A stretch of 64,000 nt of DNA from Bigelowiella natans CCMP2755 (GCA_000320545.1 ADNK01001927.1:1-64000); one strand, 5' to 3'; shown: positions 13,499 to 32,165, numbered from the stretch's first letter. Numbers and translations: made by a program. The notes: generated by a model not told the origin, from the letters alone.

Positions 13499-15875
13499 TC
13501 AATCTGGATTTTCATTATCATTGTAGACGTTGAACGCCTCTGCGATGGGTCCATCAAGGTGCACATGTTGTTCTTCGTAAGCAGGCGGCGGGCTTCCTGC
13601 ATATGCTGGAGCACTCGGCTGATGTACCGGTTCGGGGTGAATTATTGGAGTTGCACTGTAACCACCATTCTGAACAGGAAACGCCACCGGGACGGTGTTG
13701 CTAGACACAGGCGCTGCAGTTGGAATATTGGACGCGTTGTTGCTACGTACGGGTTGTGCAGTTGGAATATCGGAAGCATTCCTCGCAAATAGATTGCGGA
13801 ATTGAGATTTATTGCTGGTCTTCTGCTCACCAAACCGTTGGTACTGTCCCCCCGCTTTGTCTGAGGTATGAAATTGATAAGGAAAAGTACATACCAAAAT
13901 AGAACTTGCTGCATGTTTTTTGGGAAATCACAAGGAATAACAAGGATAAATATGCCAAATTACTATCGTTTTGAAGACGGTTGAGCTCCCGTGCTTCTTG
14001 TCTCTGGGCTTTCATCGCTGTACAACTATAGTATGCGCATACGAATAGCAGCCCCACGCCGAATATTGTGCCTAGCACAACACCCGCGATCTTGCCACTC
14101 TCATCCGCACAAGAGCAAGTGCAATAGATAGTACAAGTTGGTTTTGTCAATCCTGTGCACTTTTGGTTTTGGCACTGAAGCTCCGTATCGAAAGAGCATG
14201 AGGATTTACAGAGCTTGTAGTTATAATCTGGGTAGCACTTCACCGCAGCAGCCGTACCCGATGAACAGTATGTCCCTACTGAAGATGAGAAGACGCACTG
14301 TTGAAGCGAGGACTCCCGGCCTGTAGGTAGCGACATCAGCAACGAAACATCAATTATCTTTATCCAAATTATCCATGTGATACCGTGCGAAAGCGGTAGC
14401 GGTGTTAATTTCATAACTCCGAGGTATATGATTACCGTTGCAACCCACGCTGGACATGTACACAGGTTCTGAAAGAGAGGAAAGTCTTGGACCAGTATAA
14501 TAAGTCCCTCCCGTGTATCCCATGGTTTTGCAAGCAACCTGTAAATGTGGTTATGATAATTACGCTGTGATGTTGTTGCTCATGAGAAATCACCCTGAGG
14601 TATCACAAGAATGACGATGATTAGAACAATCTACGAGAAGATAGCTGAACTAACATAAAGTTTCGTAAAGTGATCTTATTTGAAGCCCCAGATCCAGAGT
14701 AAGTGGAATTTAAGGTGTACTACCTTTGCATCGCCGGAAGAGAAACTTCTAGAGCAGACATAGCCCCAAGAATTATTATTGTAGGATACCTCCAGAGTTC
14801 CTTTTAATGTGCCGTGAGAATCTACTGATCCTCCATCTCGAACCTTATGCAACGTTACAAAATACGTGCCGTTACGTCTAGGGCAAAATCAAAGCTAACG
14901 GGAATGTAAAATCTACGTGTACTTCAACAGAGGCAGCAGTGGCGTTGTTACCCTTACATACAGATTTGGGACCGTCGTTGGATACTGCGTCGGCTGGTTT
15001 GTAATGCGCGAAGATGAACAGGAAACTGACACTCCGGTATCTAAAAAATGACTACAGTCAAAGCGAAGACTGCACGATTGCTGGAAAACTGCAAAATACA
15101 AGAATGAAGGATATCATTGTAAACGTGTACCAGGGCCACAACTACTATAAGATCCCAGTTCATAGTTGCAATATGCCAGATTTGTGTAATAGCTGTTGCA
15201 GTCGATGCTGCTAAGAGTGTAGTTGAAGCTGGTGGTGTTCACAGAAACTCCTCGAGAGTAATCAGCATATACCCATGAGGATCTCATTTGCCTGATGAGT
15301 TTTTCCAATAATTTATGGGTGGGTTAGATTTATAGGAAAATACGATCGAGTTACAAAAGGAGAATATACGGTGTGTGATGGGATGATGTCGATATTGCCC
15401 AACCTGCAAGCTGTCTTAGCTTCGTTGGAACCAAAATAATACCGACCATACCCACAAATATAGCCCCAAGGACCGTTATCAACCTTGGCCTGAAGGATGC
15501 CTGTGAGCAGACAAAAATTGTAGGTTCGATTCGGGCGTCTAGGTTCTACAGATGACGGTAAGTACCGGAGTAAGCTCCGTTAGGAAGATTTCTTCCATTT
15601 ACGATTTTAACGTCAATATTCCGAAAAGGTGATGGGTATGGCGTTGGGTACCGAGAGGGATAAGGCTGAAATATAATGCATCAGTCGTTTATACTTTGAG
15701 CACCTAAACAAAACTCATTTTTTGGTGCTTCATTATTACACAGCTGTCGTCGTGACGAGCAGGGAAAGAGCAAAAAACATGTCAGTGAGTTAAAAACAAC
15801 CGTCGGATATCTGGTGGGGTATGGAGTAGCGGCTCCTCCTCCCTGGAACACCAAAAGCCAGCAGAAGAGAAGCAT
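13499..15875 (-). CDS. Type I membrane protein with two SRCR (scavenger receptor Cys-rich) domains
   Basis: Signal peptide MLLFCWLLVFQGGGAA and PT/PYP linkers. SRCR1: GILQAKVDNGPWGYICG...FGSNEAKTACR...LSSIDC...LAYC. SRCR2: GTLEVSYNNNSWGYVCSRSFSSGDAK|VACKTMGY...VYMSSVGCNG|RESSLQQC. TM IAGVVLGTIFGVGLLFVCAYY. Pro-rich tail with PPAY. Confidence 0.82.
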
Positions 15876-16389
15876 CGGAGCAGGGGGTCTCGTAAAGCGT
15901 TGCTGTGTCGCACTCAGATTAGCTGAGAGCGAATCTTTAGCTGGATTACACTCATAACGAATAAGGCTAAAATCAACATGCGACAAGCAAAATTATGTCA
16001 CCGCTACGACTATTCATGGGGGGTTCTGAGCGTTTCTAAGCCCAAGAAAACCGGGATAGATCTAAGAGTATTTACGCTTCAGTTACTGCACAAATGACTG
16101 GTTCCTGTAACGTCTGTTGTAACTCCTTCTTCTTCGTCGGTCTCGTCCGCTCCCTGCTTCAAATTTTAAACTCCTCCTCCAATCGTGTAGTGGTTTGCCC
16201 GATCCAGCTCAAATTCAGCTCGAGCCTGTCCCCCCATTTGTCTCTACAGTGCGGCTTATTAATGGTGATTTGTAAAGACTCATGGGAAGGGGAGAGTATG
16301 GAAAGTGTGACAACCGAAAAAACCTGCGTTGTTCCATCAATTTCGCTGAGATTGTTACTACATTGTTACATCAGGTCAAGTAAAAGCAA

Positions 16390-17333
16390 ATGAAAAGAGT
16401 CAATTTTCTACACAATTGGCTCTTTCTGGCCCTAATCGGCTCATGTTGTGGTATCCTAATTCAATTTAAATCTTGATCTCTGCTTAATCCTGACAATGAC
16501 ATTTCCTTGCTCTTTTAGGGACAACGTTATCGCCCCTTCCTCTTCCAGGGACAACGTCATCACCTTCTGTTTGTCCAACGTCTTCTCCCTCAAACTCACC
16601 TTCCACCAATCCTACCACTAACCCTACCTCATCACCCTCAATATCCTCGAGTCCGAGCATAAGCCCAGCCTCAGGTTCACCGACTACCATGTCTCCGGTG
16701 ACAACAGCCCCCTCTAATACCCCGAGCACAAATCCAACGAATTCTCCGAGTATATCGCCTAGTTCCCAAGCCCCTAGTAATTCGCCAGCTTCCCTTTCTC
16801 CCTCCTCTGCCGCCCCATCTTGCACTCCTATAACTGTAAGTCCGGTTACCATTGCTCCGTCCCTTGCCCCTACGTCGATGTCTCCATTATCTGGATCACC
16901 CTCTATGACACCCATTACATCATCGCCTGTTTCTCAGTCGCCCTCTCTGACCCCACTGACGATTGCGCCAAGTAGTCAAGCGCCGAGCATTTCCCCATCA
17001 ACAGGGGTTCCATCGCGGACTTGTTCCAAGGGGACGTATTTCAATATCACGCAGATGGCATGCGTCACATGCCCACTTGGGAATTATTGCGAGTCATCAT
17101 TCCTTCATACCTGCCCCGTAGGCTCCTTAACGGAAGAAACCGGGGCAAGCGTGCAAACGCAGTGCATCTGCCAAGCTGGTTATGCCGGTCTCGTCTCGTC
17201 GACGTCAACATGCATTGCCTGTACGTCTGGCGAATATTGCCCTGGAGGCAACTCGCGAAGTACATGCCCCGCAGGGTATCACGTGCATCTAAATATATCT
17301 GCACTGCACGTACAAAATATAATGTATGTACAT

Positions 17334-17373
<40 letters not shown>

Positions 17374-17376
17374 TAA

Positions 17377-17420
<44 letters not shown>

Positions 17421-18928
17421 CATTGATGTATGTGTGTCTGAATATATCCGAATTGCCTCAAGCCACATTATAACAGTAACGTATATTTTTGGGGGTGTAG
17501 TTTTATGAAAGGAGAGGAATAGTTCCACAGCTTCACGACACCCTTTGAGTGTTTACCTCAGCTAAATGACTTACACAAAAAATCTTCAGGGATATTTGCC
17601 GTACCCCAGCGACTAAGGAGGCGTGTGTATTGCCGATGCACTGCCCGACTGGCACAGCGAATGTTACCTTCTGTAAGGCCGGCTTCTACTGTCCTTCCGT
17701 AACCTCACAGATCGTCTGCGTTAATACTCCTCAACTAGCGTATTACTGCCCTGAGAACACAACACAGCTAAACCCTTGTGCCAAAGACTACTACTGCCCT
17801 AATACCACCAGTCAGCTTCCATGCGCTGTAGACGCGAACTGTCCGGTCGGATCTAGCACTCAAGCTGCTTGCAGTGTTGGTTACTGGTGCAACGAAACGG
17901 ATGGTTCTCAAAATCTGTGCACCGCTGGCGAGCACTGTCCTCGAGGAACCATTACCCCTGATAATGACTGTCCTGAAGGCTTTTTCTGCCCAACAACAGC
18001 TAATATTGTCTCCTGTAGCTCAGGGTCGTATTGTCCTGTCCGCTCTGTTTCCGAGAACGACTGCGAGGCCGGTTACTTCTGCCCCAACACTTCGATAAGA
18101 ATACCATGTAGCTTGGGGGAATATTGCCCATCGAGATCGACAGTGAACAACTTATGCGACGCGGGCAGCTACTGTACGACTGCCGCCTCAAGATCAACAT
18201 GTACTGCCTCGCAATACTGTCCTGAAGGGTCAACAGCTCCTAAGGCTTGTCTGGAAGGATATTATTGTCCTTCTCCGTCTCAACGTTACCTTTGTATACA
18301 AGGCAACTACTGTCCTAACGGCACCATTACCAACTCATCCTGTACAGCTGGCTACTATTGCCCTACACCAAAAGAAAGGATTCAATGTCTTTCCGGCCAG
18401 TATTGCCCTGTTGGATCGACGGTCGCAGGAACCTGCACAGCTGGATCATATTGTCCACTTCCTGAGAGTATCATCAACTGCACCACAGCTGGAAGTTACT
18501 GCCCCGCACGAACCGTCTCTCCTTTGACGTGCCCAGCTGGAACTTACTGTCCTACCCCAGCATCCACGCCAATTGAATGTGACACAGGAGACCTCTGTCT
18601 TGAAGGCAGTGTTATGAAACAGGATTGCCCAGCCGGCGCGTTTTGTGTGAATCCTACGTTCGAAACCCCTTGCACCTCTGGGGACTATTGTCCACCTCGC
18701 ACTAGTACGCAGACAAATGCCTGTCCGGCAGGAACGTATTGTCCAAATTCCACCGCATCTATACCGTGCCTTCTTGGTGAATATTGTCCAGAGTCTTCTA
18801 CGGCAAGCTCAGATTGTCCCGCGGGAAGCTACTGCACGAGTCCAAACGTAATATGTGCGCATATGTCAGCGTTTGTGTATGCTTGGATGAGAAGAGAGTG
18901 AAATTGAGGAGGCTCTCCAAAGATCTCC

Positions 18929-18972
<44 letters not shown>

Positions 18973-21504
18973 TAGTTATGTGTGCGCGCGTCGTGATTTT
19001 ACTGTGCCATTTTCGTCGTTGTATTTTTTCCGAGTGCAGGTTCTGAGCGTGTCTTTGTGTGTGATTTGCTTGATTGATTACGCGAGAAGGTCAGGGTTGT
19101 TTGCCAGCCTGGACACTACTGTCCCGTGCGCAGCACAAACCTCACCGTATGTCCTGCTGGCTCTTTTTGTCCGACGAGATCTACCCAGCAGCCATGTTCT
19201 ACGGGAGATTATTGTCCAGAGGGTTCAGTAATGAGACAGACCTGCCCAGCAGGGAGTTTTTGCCCTTCTTTTCAAGAGAAATATCAGTGCAACCAGTCAC
19301 AACATTGCCCCGAGGGATCGCTCAATTTTTCAATTTGCACAGCCGGTTCATACTGCCCCTCCACCAGCTTACAGCTGCCATGCTCTGCGTCTACATTTTG
19401 CCCAGAGGGGTCCACCTCACAAGAAGGTTGTCCAGCTGGCTACTTTTGCCGATCAGTGACAAATCGAACGGTCTGCCCGACAGGTTTTTACTGTCCTGAG
19501 CGCTCAACAACCACAAGATCGTGTCCATCGTTCACGTCGTCAGCGGAAGGTGCTGTATCGGATAATGACTGCCGATGTGTCAGCGGCTATAAAAGAGCGA
19601 ATCCAGATGTTCCCAGTTCATGTGAGCTGATCGGGAATGTATTGAGTATTATTGATGGTGTATTATTGTTTATCGCCATCGGTGTTGTCATTTGCCTCAC
19701 GGTGGTGGGCCTTAGATCGCCCTGGGGCAAGAGATTCTTAAAATGGATCGTCCAGGATGATGTGCAAACTGCAGCTGGTATAGGGGTCCAGATTTTCAAC
19801 TTCTTTTTGCTGCTTGCCTTCGTCCTTACAGTGGTCATTAGCTCAAACATGCCCGAGTGGCTGAGATGGACTTTTATTGCATGTCTTATATTGTCTTTCC
19901 TCGTTACTCCCTACTCCAGCTGGAAGAAGAAAAAGGCCACCTCTGGAAGGAAGGCATACGATGACGAGCGATTGCGAAGCGACTTGTTCAATGATATGAT
20001 TGGCTATGGTAAATTGTACTACCCCAAGCTCGTCAAGGAGTACTTCGATTTCCATAGCGGTCCGAATTCCCGCAAGTTTAAATTATTTTGGGAGTTCATG
20101 CAATATGATTTACACAAAAAAATCGTCGCTCGGATGCACGATAGGAAAGAATTAATTGCCAAAAGCCTGCATAACGTGCAGGACAGCATGCTCTGGCTAC
20201 GACACTACGCCAAGCAAATCAAATCAGATTTTGGGATGATTTTCCTGGTCCAAATTCCGACTCTAGTGACATTGATTTATTCCATGAGTGAGCTGGATGT
20301 GAAGGATATAGTAAATCCTCTTTTCCGAACCCTTTTTGCAGTAACAGCTGTGTCTTTGGGTGCAAATCTCGTAAAAGTGGCAGAGCTGTTGTTCACAGTC
20401 TCTGAGACTGAAGGGGTCTTCGAGCAGCAAATCTACCACATTGCAATGGACATCCTAAAAAATCAAGCGTACTGGCAAAAGTCGGCGTTTGATGGTTATA
20501 TAGTGCAGGAGAATGATGCGAAGGTCAAGGAAGGCGAAATGGTATTGAGTTCTGCACAACTTCGTGAGATAAAAGAAAGTCATACTCAGATAGTGTTCAA
20601 TGCTAAAAGAATCCCCATAAATGAAGAATCAGAATTTAACCCCGAGACAAACAATGAGAAGGATGGACACCATCCTGGACGTGATGGAAGGAAAGAGGAT
20701 GCAGCTGTGGCTCCTAAGATCTTGGTTGAATTTCGAGTAAATGACAATGATGAAGAAAAGAAAGAGGCGCTCGAATCAAAAGTTTTCGTTGAAGCAATAG
20801 ATCAAGAACTGCATGACCACGCTGAAATCAACATTTACGTCAGCGATGATACTTATGTGGAAGACATACAAACGATGAGCGAAGGGGACGACGACAATGT
20901 CCACAACATCGAAATAGACGAATGGTCCTCTGATGAGAGCGAGAGTTCTGGAACAGAGGCTATTGAACATGAGCGATCACCGCAGGACAGAAAAAACGAG
21001 GTTAAGATAATGGAGGAAGCCATTAATTTGGAAGAGGATCTTAGAGGAAATGAAATCGCGCGTGCATCCAGCAGTGACGAGATTATCGGAGGATCTGGCC
21101 CTGATACTCACCATTCTAGTTCTCGTTCCCAATCACAAAGAGAACAAGATCAAGAACAAGAACAAGCAGATTCTTCGTCTAAATTTGTGAAAGATGAGAT
21201 TTTGCCGAATTTACCACAACGAAGATCGATGCTTTCATCTAACGATCCCACCGACAAGAAAATCATCAAACATCTGCCGCGAGCCTCAAGAGACATTAGA
21301 TCACTTCACCCCTTCCGATCAAGCGGTGGAGACAGCGAGCAAGGTAGAGAAAAAGTTACAGCACAAAATAATTCAGTCCACAAAGGAGACAAGCTAGTTT
21401 CTGCAGAAATCGATCAAAAGAAAGTGGATAGACAAGAGAATCGCTTCGAGGTGGATGGCGATTCTAGCTCCAGCTTTGATGAAGATGGCATTGATGACAT
21501 ATGA
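16390..21504 (+). CDS. Cell-surface protein: signal peptide, S/T/P-rich stalk, many CxxGxYCP repeats, multi-TM region, acidic tail
   Basis: MKRVNFLHNWLFLALIGSCC at 16390. ORFs 16689-17384, 17630-18901 and 19126-21504 contain dozens of CPAGSYCP-type repeats (ephrin-receptor-like/GCC2-GCC3 style). About 5 hydrophobic helices follow ~19640. Confidence 0.85.
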
Positions 21505-22150
21505 TTTTAAATGCCAATGAAATAAGAGCGGCTCTGAGATGATACATGCACATGTGTGCAGCCCTGCAAATGCTGAACACCAGCAAGTGGCTTGAATTTT
21601 TCTGGCACATCAGACCACACATGCACATGTTGTAGTGATTGTCGGCCACACAGTTCCGGTTGGCTGCTTTCATCAACAACATCAAGAAAATCAATTCACA
21701 TGGATCCATGATGGAAACGTGAAAACATGCACCGCAGCTCTGCAAATCGCATTAAATCAGGATGGCACAGCTAATATACTACATGAGGATGACCATTGAA
21801 CAAATTAAATTCAATTGATTACATCCGTCTTAGCAGAATGTGGAAAACATTGGAGCAATTCATCACATCGTCTGTCTATCTCAGCGTGGCCATGCTAGCA
21901 TGCTAATTAGGCATGTGCGCAATGTGTTGTGTTTGTATAATGCGTGCGCTTAGTTACCATATCAGTGACTATATCGTTCAACACTACAGATATCTCTAAA
22001 TGAATCTAGGAACAAAAAATGCTGCTGCATGTACGTGAGGCAAAGTGTGCGCCTGCAAGCGCCAAAACTGAATGCATCTGCAACGCAACGAACGCTCATT
22101 GTGCAACACGTGAAATTATGCACAACGATCGCATGAATTATGATTTAACA

Positions 22151-22567
22151 CAGCTCCGTCAAACCCGGTAACGACGGGATTGTAAACAGTGCAGCGCTTT
22201 GCGACGTGCTTTGAAGCAGCAGGCAGTTGCAGTTGGTTAAAGAAAAGTCATCAGAACTTGTCCGATGGCCAAACCTCAAATAATGACCGAAACATTGACC
22301 CAAATGTCCATTTTCAAGGCCTCAGTGAGCGCGCAAAGTGTGAAAATTCACACCCGTTGTGCAGAGGATGCACGCTGCGCGTTGGCGGTTCTCTGCCACA
22401 TTTTGAATGCTTTTGCGCGTGTGTTTGACCAAATGTGATGCGCACGAAAAATTTCAAAGAAATGCGAGCAAATCCAATGTCCATGTTGCATCACACAACG
22501 CGCTTGGTCGCGCGCAAAAGCTTCCAAATGCATGTTCTGGCGATTCGTCACAGGTTTGACGGAGCTG
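22151..22567. mobile_element. Non-autonomous TIR element (MITE), ~417 bp
   Basis: Left end CAGCTCCGTCAAACCCGGTAACGA (from 22151). Reverse complement of the right end (to 22567) is CAGCTCCGTCAAACCTG-TGACGA. No credible coding capacity. Confidence 0.8.
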
Positions 22568-23199
22568 TGCAACTTCATTGAAATGCGTGATGTCCATGTC
22601 GGCCGCCCAGCGGTGCTACGCACATTGTGCTAGCATCGGCCATTGCCAATGATGCTAGCATTGGATGCACCACAATTTGTGCAATCATTTGATGATGTGT
22701 GCGTGAATGATCCAATTTGCTAGTCAACTGCTAGACTGGCTTGTTGGGACCCGCTAGCCAGGTGCAGGCACACGCAGCGCCCCCTCCTCTCGCTATCCCT
22801 AGATCTAGCACATGCTAGCATGTCTAGATATATGGCGATTTGATTGCGCAAATGCAGCTAACTAGCCTACTAGCATGTCTAGATCTTTGACGTTTATCAT
22901 GTTCCTGCACGTACGTACTAGCGATGGCTGCTCCTCAACAATTACACAAACGTTGCAAATTTAAGCCCAAGCTGCAATCTAGGCAATCCTCGACGAGAAA
23001 TACATGAGCAATTGCGCTTGTATTGTGTGCTGTGATGAAAACTGGAGCATCATTGTTAATAATGAAACGGAGTCAATGATGGTAATCAAAATGACCGAAC
23101 CATGAACACGTACTTTCTGTGCACAGCAATGGCAAATGCACTTTCACATCGAGAGTCTCCAATCTCACATCCCCGAAACTAACAGTGGGTCGTCTCCAT

Positions 23200-27590
<4,391 letters not shown>

Positions 27591-27949
27591 CCCCTTTCTT
27601 CTTCGAATCCTGTTTACCGTCGTTCCCCAGAAAACCGGTTTTCGAAATAAATACGGAAAATGCAGGGGATTTTACAGGATTTTACTCTTTTCGAGATGTA
27701 CGTTCTCCTGGAATCGCATCTGCACGTGATCTGCTATGACGATGATGATGATGATGATGATCACTATCATTGGAAATCATCAGTAGGCACAAGCCACGCA
27801 GAACTTGCTTGCCAGCAGCCGTTCAAGAGCCCGATCTTGGTGAGAAGGGCGGTTACTTACACCTACCTGCACGGCTGATGAGCATGGCCCCTCTTCTCCA
27901 TGCCGATTCCTAGCTTGACCCACCCAGCAGTTTAATTGCTCGAGAAACA

Positions 27950-28381
27950 ATGCAGGATGCAGCAGCCTCAGAGGTACGCATTTGGGTACCCACCAGTGAA
28001 GTTGACAGCTCTGACGACACGGCTGGAGCAAATGATGAGGGCAGGACAATGGGACAAACGAGCCAGATTTGGCCCCTCTCCAAATGTTGTGGAGCTGTAC
28101 GCGAAAATGAAGAGGGCCAACATAGAGCGGAGCTCAGGAGTTTTGAACAAGCACCAGAATGGATGAGAAGGTAGACACTACCCCACTGTTTGCCTCGTAC
28201 TACTCTACGCGTGATTGCCAGAAACACCAACTTTAGCTCACAAATCCTCAACTAATCAACCTGTATCTACCAAATCCATACTCTGCAAAGGCAGGACATT
28301 ACCAGGTTGCTATACAAATAATACTAATACTAATACTACTACTACTACTACTACTAATAATAATAATAATAATAATAATAA

Positions 28382-28412
<31 letters not shown>

Positions 28413-29109
28413 AAGAAACTATGCCATCAGGGATGTTTGACTGCTCTGCTTTCATCGTTCTGTATATTTCTTTGTGCGAGACTGCATCTAGGTAGGGTGC
28501 GTATGTGTTTTGTGTTTACATGAGGATTGTTGATCGCACATCATCGCTCACATACGCATATAATGATATACAGTGGCTATCGAGTTCGATATTCAGTGCC
28601 CTTAATCTTCAAGTCTCTCTTCCACATTCACAACGAGACTGGTACGTGAAAGCGAGTTCTATGCATTCGTTCGCTCTGGAAGACACTTCATACTTACTCG
28701 AGTTTGCCTCTATGTGGGTCGTACAAGGTAACATTTGGACGCATCTACTTGGGACACTGTTCTTCACTTACTGCCTATGGGAAGAAATTCTTGGGTTCCG
28801 AAAGATACCAAAGAATCTCGAAGATGAAATAGACCATTTTTGGTTGCTGTTGTATCTTGGAAGTGCTGCAGGATGTATGCTCGTCAGGTTGGAACATTGC
28901 GTGGGGGGAAACAACGAAGAAAATATTGATCGAGAATCCTAAACATAGAAATTGATTTTGTTATCCTGCTCAGCTCTGCATACCATCTGTTTCTCTGCCA
29001 TTCGAAATCGGTCCATCAATGCATGCTCAAGTAAGAAGCGACGTACTACCCTGTTGTCATTATTATCGATAGGCAAACAACGCCCTCGCTCGCACATAAA
29101 CTAACACGC

Positions 29110-29146
<37 letters not shown>

Positions 29147-29162
29147 TATATATGGTTATATA

Positions 29163-29201
<39 letters not shown>

Positions 29202-30787
29202 ATGCGTAGAGTTACAAATTTAAAAAGCCTTCTCACTGACTTATTCACATCATCATATCCATCCATCTGCAACTTTGGTCCCCCCCCCTCTTCCTTAGGT
29301 TAGATATGCATGGGATCATATTGCTAGTGTTCTCCCACTTTCTCCCTGGATTCTATTATGGGTTGTAGCTGACCACTTGATACACACATTTGAGGAAGAG
29401 AGTTTGTCTGTTCATTTTTCATATGTGATTGTAAAAGCTGCAACTTGGTGATATGGTTACGACAGGTTCTCTTGCCATCCAGTTCTCCAAAGGTGAGAAA
29501 GAGGACGTACAACGTCTCTATTTGGGGTGCATAAAATACCGTAATGCTCACCCCATCTATCTGTGATGGATGATGATGAAAATCGAGGCCACACACTCAT
29601 GCACGATGTGGTTCATGGGCAATAGATGACAACGACGATGTATACTTTATCCATACACATGTGCGTGCAGCGTCTATACGAGAGCAATCTCGATCATAAT
29701 CGGAGGAACTATCATATTTGCAAACGTTCCTGTTTTCAGGTGGGTCACAATAATCCGAACATAGTAGCTAGCAACCACTACTGACATCGTCATCTTCTTC
29801 TTCTCCTGATCGTAGGAAAATGCAAAATTACAGCATTATTTTCCAATTCTTGATTGCTGGCACTGTGGTAATAGTTAGAGTAAACATTAAATGTCATCAC
29901 CATCAACAACAACAACAACCATCAGCACACCATTACCTACTTAGTATGATGATGATCATCGTCTATGTGAAAAAAGGGGATGGGGATGTACTTCTAGTTG
30001 CTATTATCGGTTTTGCTAGCTATCCAGTGTTTCCCCTTTCAGGCACCGTTCAAAACGAATGTTCTTACTAGAAATGCTGAAACTTGTCCCTTCGTTTTTG
30101 CGTACCACACCATGCCTCTTTTGCGCTTTCGCCGACACGGATCCGCAATCATCATGTTCAGTTGTCTTCGGTCGTTCCAATTATTCACTGGGTAATTTGT
30201 ACACAATAACAACGACAACATTAACAACAGCAACAGCAGCAGCATCACCCTCTACGCATAATTAGGAGATAGGCTATTGATTCATCGCATCATCCTATCG
30301 TTACTTATCAGGCTTCGATCAGGCCCACTGCAGAGGTACAGAGAATGCTTCCCGGAGTTTTGCAGATGTTGCTGTTGTACGGCACCGGATTCTTCTTCTT
30401 TAGCTCACGTTTCCCCGAACGAGCAGGTGGGCTCGTAGTAGCCAGCGACTAGATTGTAGACGAGTATTATTTAGAATGATGTCACCTCTTCCATGTGTCT
30501 TCTACCACTTATTTCCCAGCTCCTGGGCGTTTCGACTACGCATTCTCGAGCCACCAAGTAAAATTCAATTCTGTAAAGCTATTTCTTCCAACGTTTGTCG
30601 CGCCTGACCTGCTAATATCTCAAATGTTCAGATATGGCATGTGTGCGTGTTTGCAGCCGCGGTACGGAAGAATTTACGTTGATAAGTTGATCGCTTGAGA
30701 TACATGTGCAAGTTTTTTTGTTAGGTGGTGTGGTGGCGCGAGATCTGGGATGTAATAGAGTACAGGCACTTGAATGGGTGTTCTTAA
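27950..30787 (+). CDS. PAQR / adiponectin-receptor-like (hemolysin III family) membrane protein
   Basis: Motifs: APEWMR, NIWTHLLG, SSAYHLFLCHS, LDMHGI, FPER..PGRFDYAFSSHQ|IWHVCV. Start position uncertain. Confidence 0.9.
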
Positions 30788-31473
30788 GCATCAAGCCAAA
30801 TATCATGAAGCTTCTTTAGAATGCAAAATGTAAAGCTCAGTCAATCTAGCAATGAAGCACAGGAACCCTCCTTCAGATTTGAAAAATGTCATGAAGAACC
30901 TTCATCGCCTGCAATACACATCAGCGACCGCCAGGCCAGCCAATGCAGCATTGCTCTTAGCATGTGTAAAGATGTGTGTGTCTTTCATTACCCATGCAGC
31001 ATCCACTCTAGTACTCTATGACCCTGCCCCAATGTAAGTGTATAGTACCGTCCGTACGTAACGGTGAAAATGCAGCCATAATTGGCAGGTGTTACGTGTT
31101 ACATATGCTGCATGTGGTGCCATACGATACCTAGATATGTTATAGTCTAGTAGTGTTCGATGCCTCTGCTCGTACATGTACATGCATGCGCAAACAAAAG
31201 ACACAGTATTTATGCTTGTGGAAACCGAGGAATTAGACCGCATATAAAAATGGCTATCACCAGCTCGCTAGTACTATGCTTCGCACACAACATTGCATAT
31301 GCATTTATTAAAAGATGCTGACATGATTATTATCATGATGGCGCAAATTCGACGAAGAAGTTGTTCGATAAATAATGCATAAAATTAAATCCACACATAT
31401 ATTGTGGTCCATGCGCTGCTGGTTTGAGTCGCCATGCTATTTAGACGTAGCCCAGCCTTTATACTGTGCATCG

Positions 31474-32119
31474 TCAACAGCCGCAACAGCGTTGCGTCGT
31501 CATTACAGCTCGGAAGGAATCTCGAATTGCCTTCGCATTTTGTCGCACCTGAATGATGCACGCCCAATGATGAAAACACCGACGGATAAAATACATTCTC
31601 TATGACGACCACAATGATAATGACGATGAGGGTTGGATGTCATGGAAGTGGCGCTAGGGCTGATTATCTATAAGCCGCTATGTTTCTTTTTGTGCTAGCA
31701 ATTTCTTCCATAAACACGATGACCAAAAAGGTGAACGTTTTTCATGCCTACAGCGCGCGCAGAATACCCCAAAAACAATGGGGGGGATCTGGGAGCTGCA
31801 GTGAATGTCACAACATGACGTACGTACCATTGCATCCGAGGGGAAATCGGAAGTTGGAATGCTCGTACGGTTGAAACCATGGGAAACTAGGTCCGACCCA
31901 TAGGCGATGTGGGCTGTTGGGACTCTCTTCCAATTGCACCCGTCGCCACCACCTATGTGCTGGTTATATCGGCAGGACGTTGCTGCAGGTGTGTGGTACC
32001 TGTGATGCCATCAACAACAGCATGAATCTTCAATTTGATATAATGACAATGAGCTACAATAGAAGCTATGGAAACTACTACTGCGTCTACGATCGAACGC
32101 GTCCTTGTCGCCAAATAAG

Positions 32120-32165
<46 letters not shown>

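Noticed and set aside
16484-16915. Minus-strand Gly/Val/Glu-rich ORF (likewise 41540-42262 and 61318-61575)
   Set aside because: Antisense shadow of a genuine low-complexity exon on the other strand.
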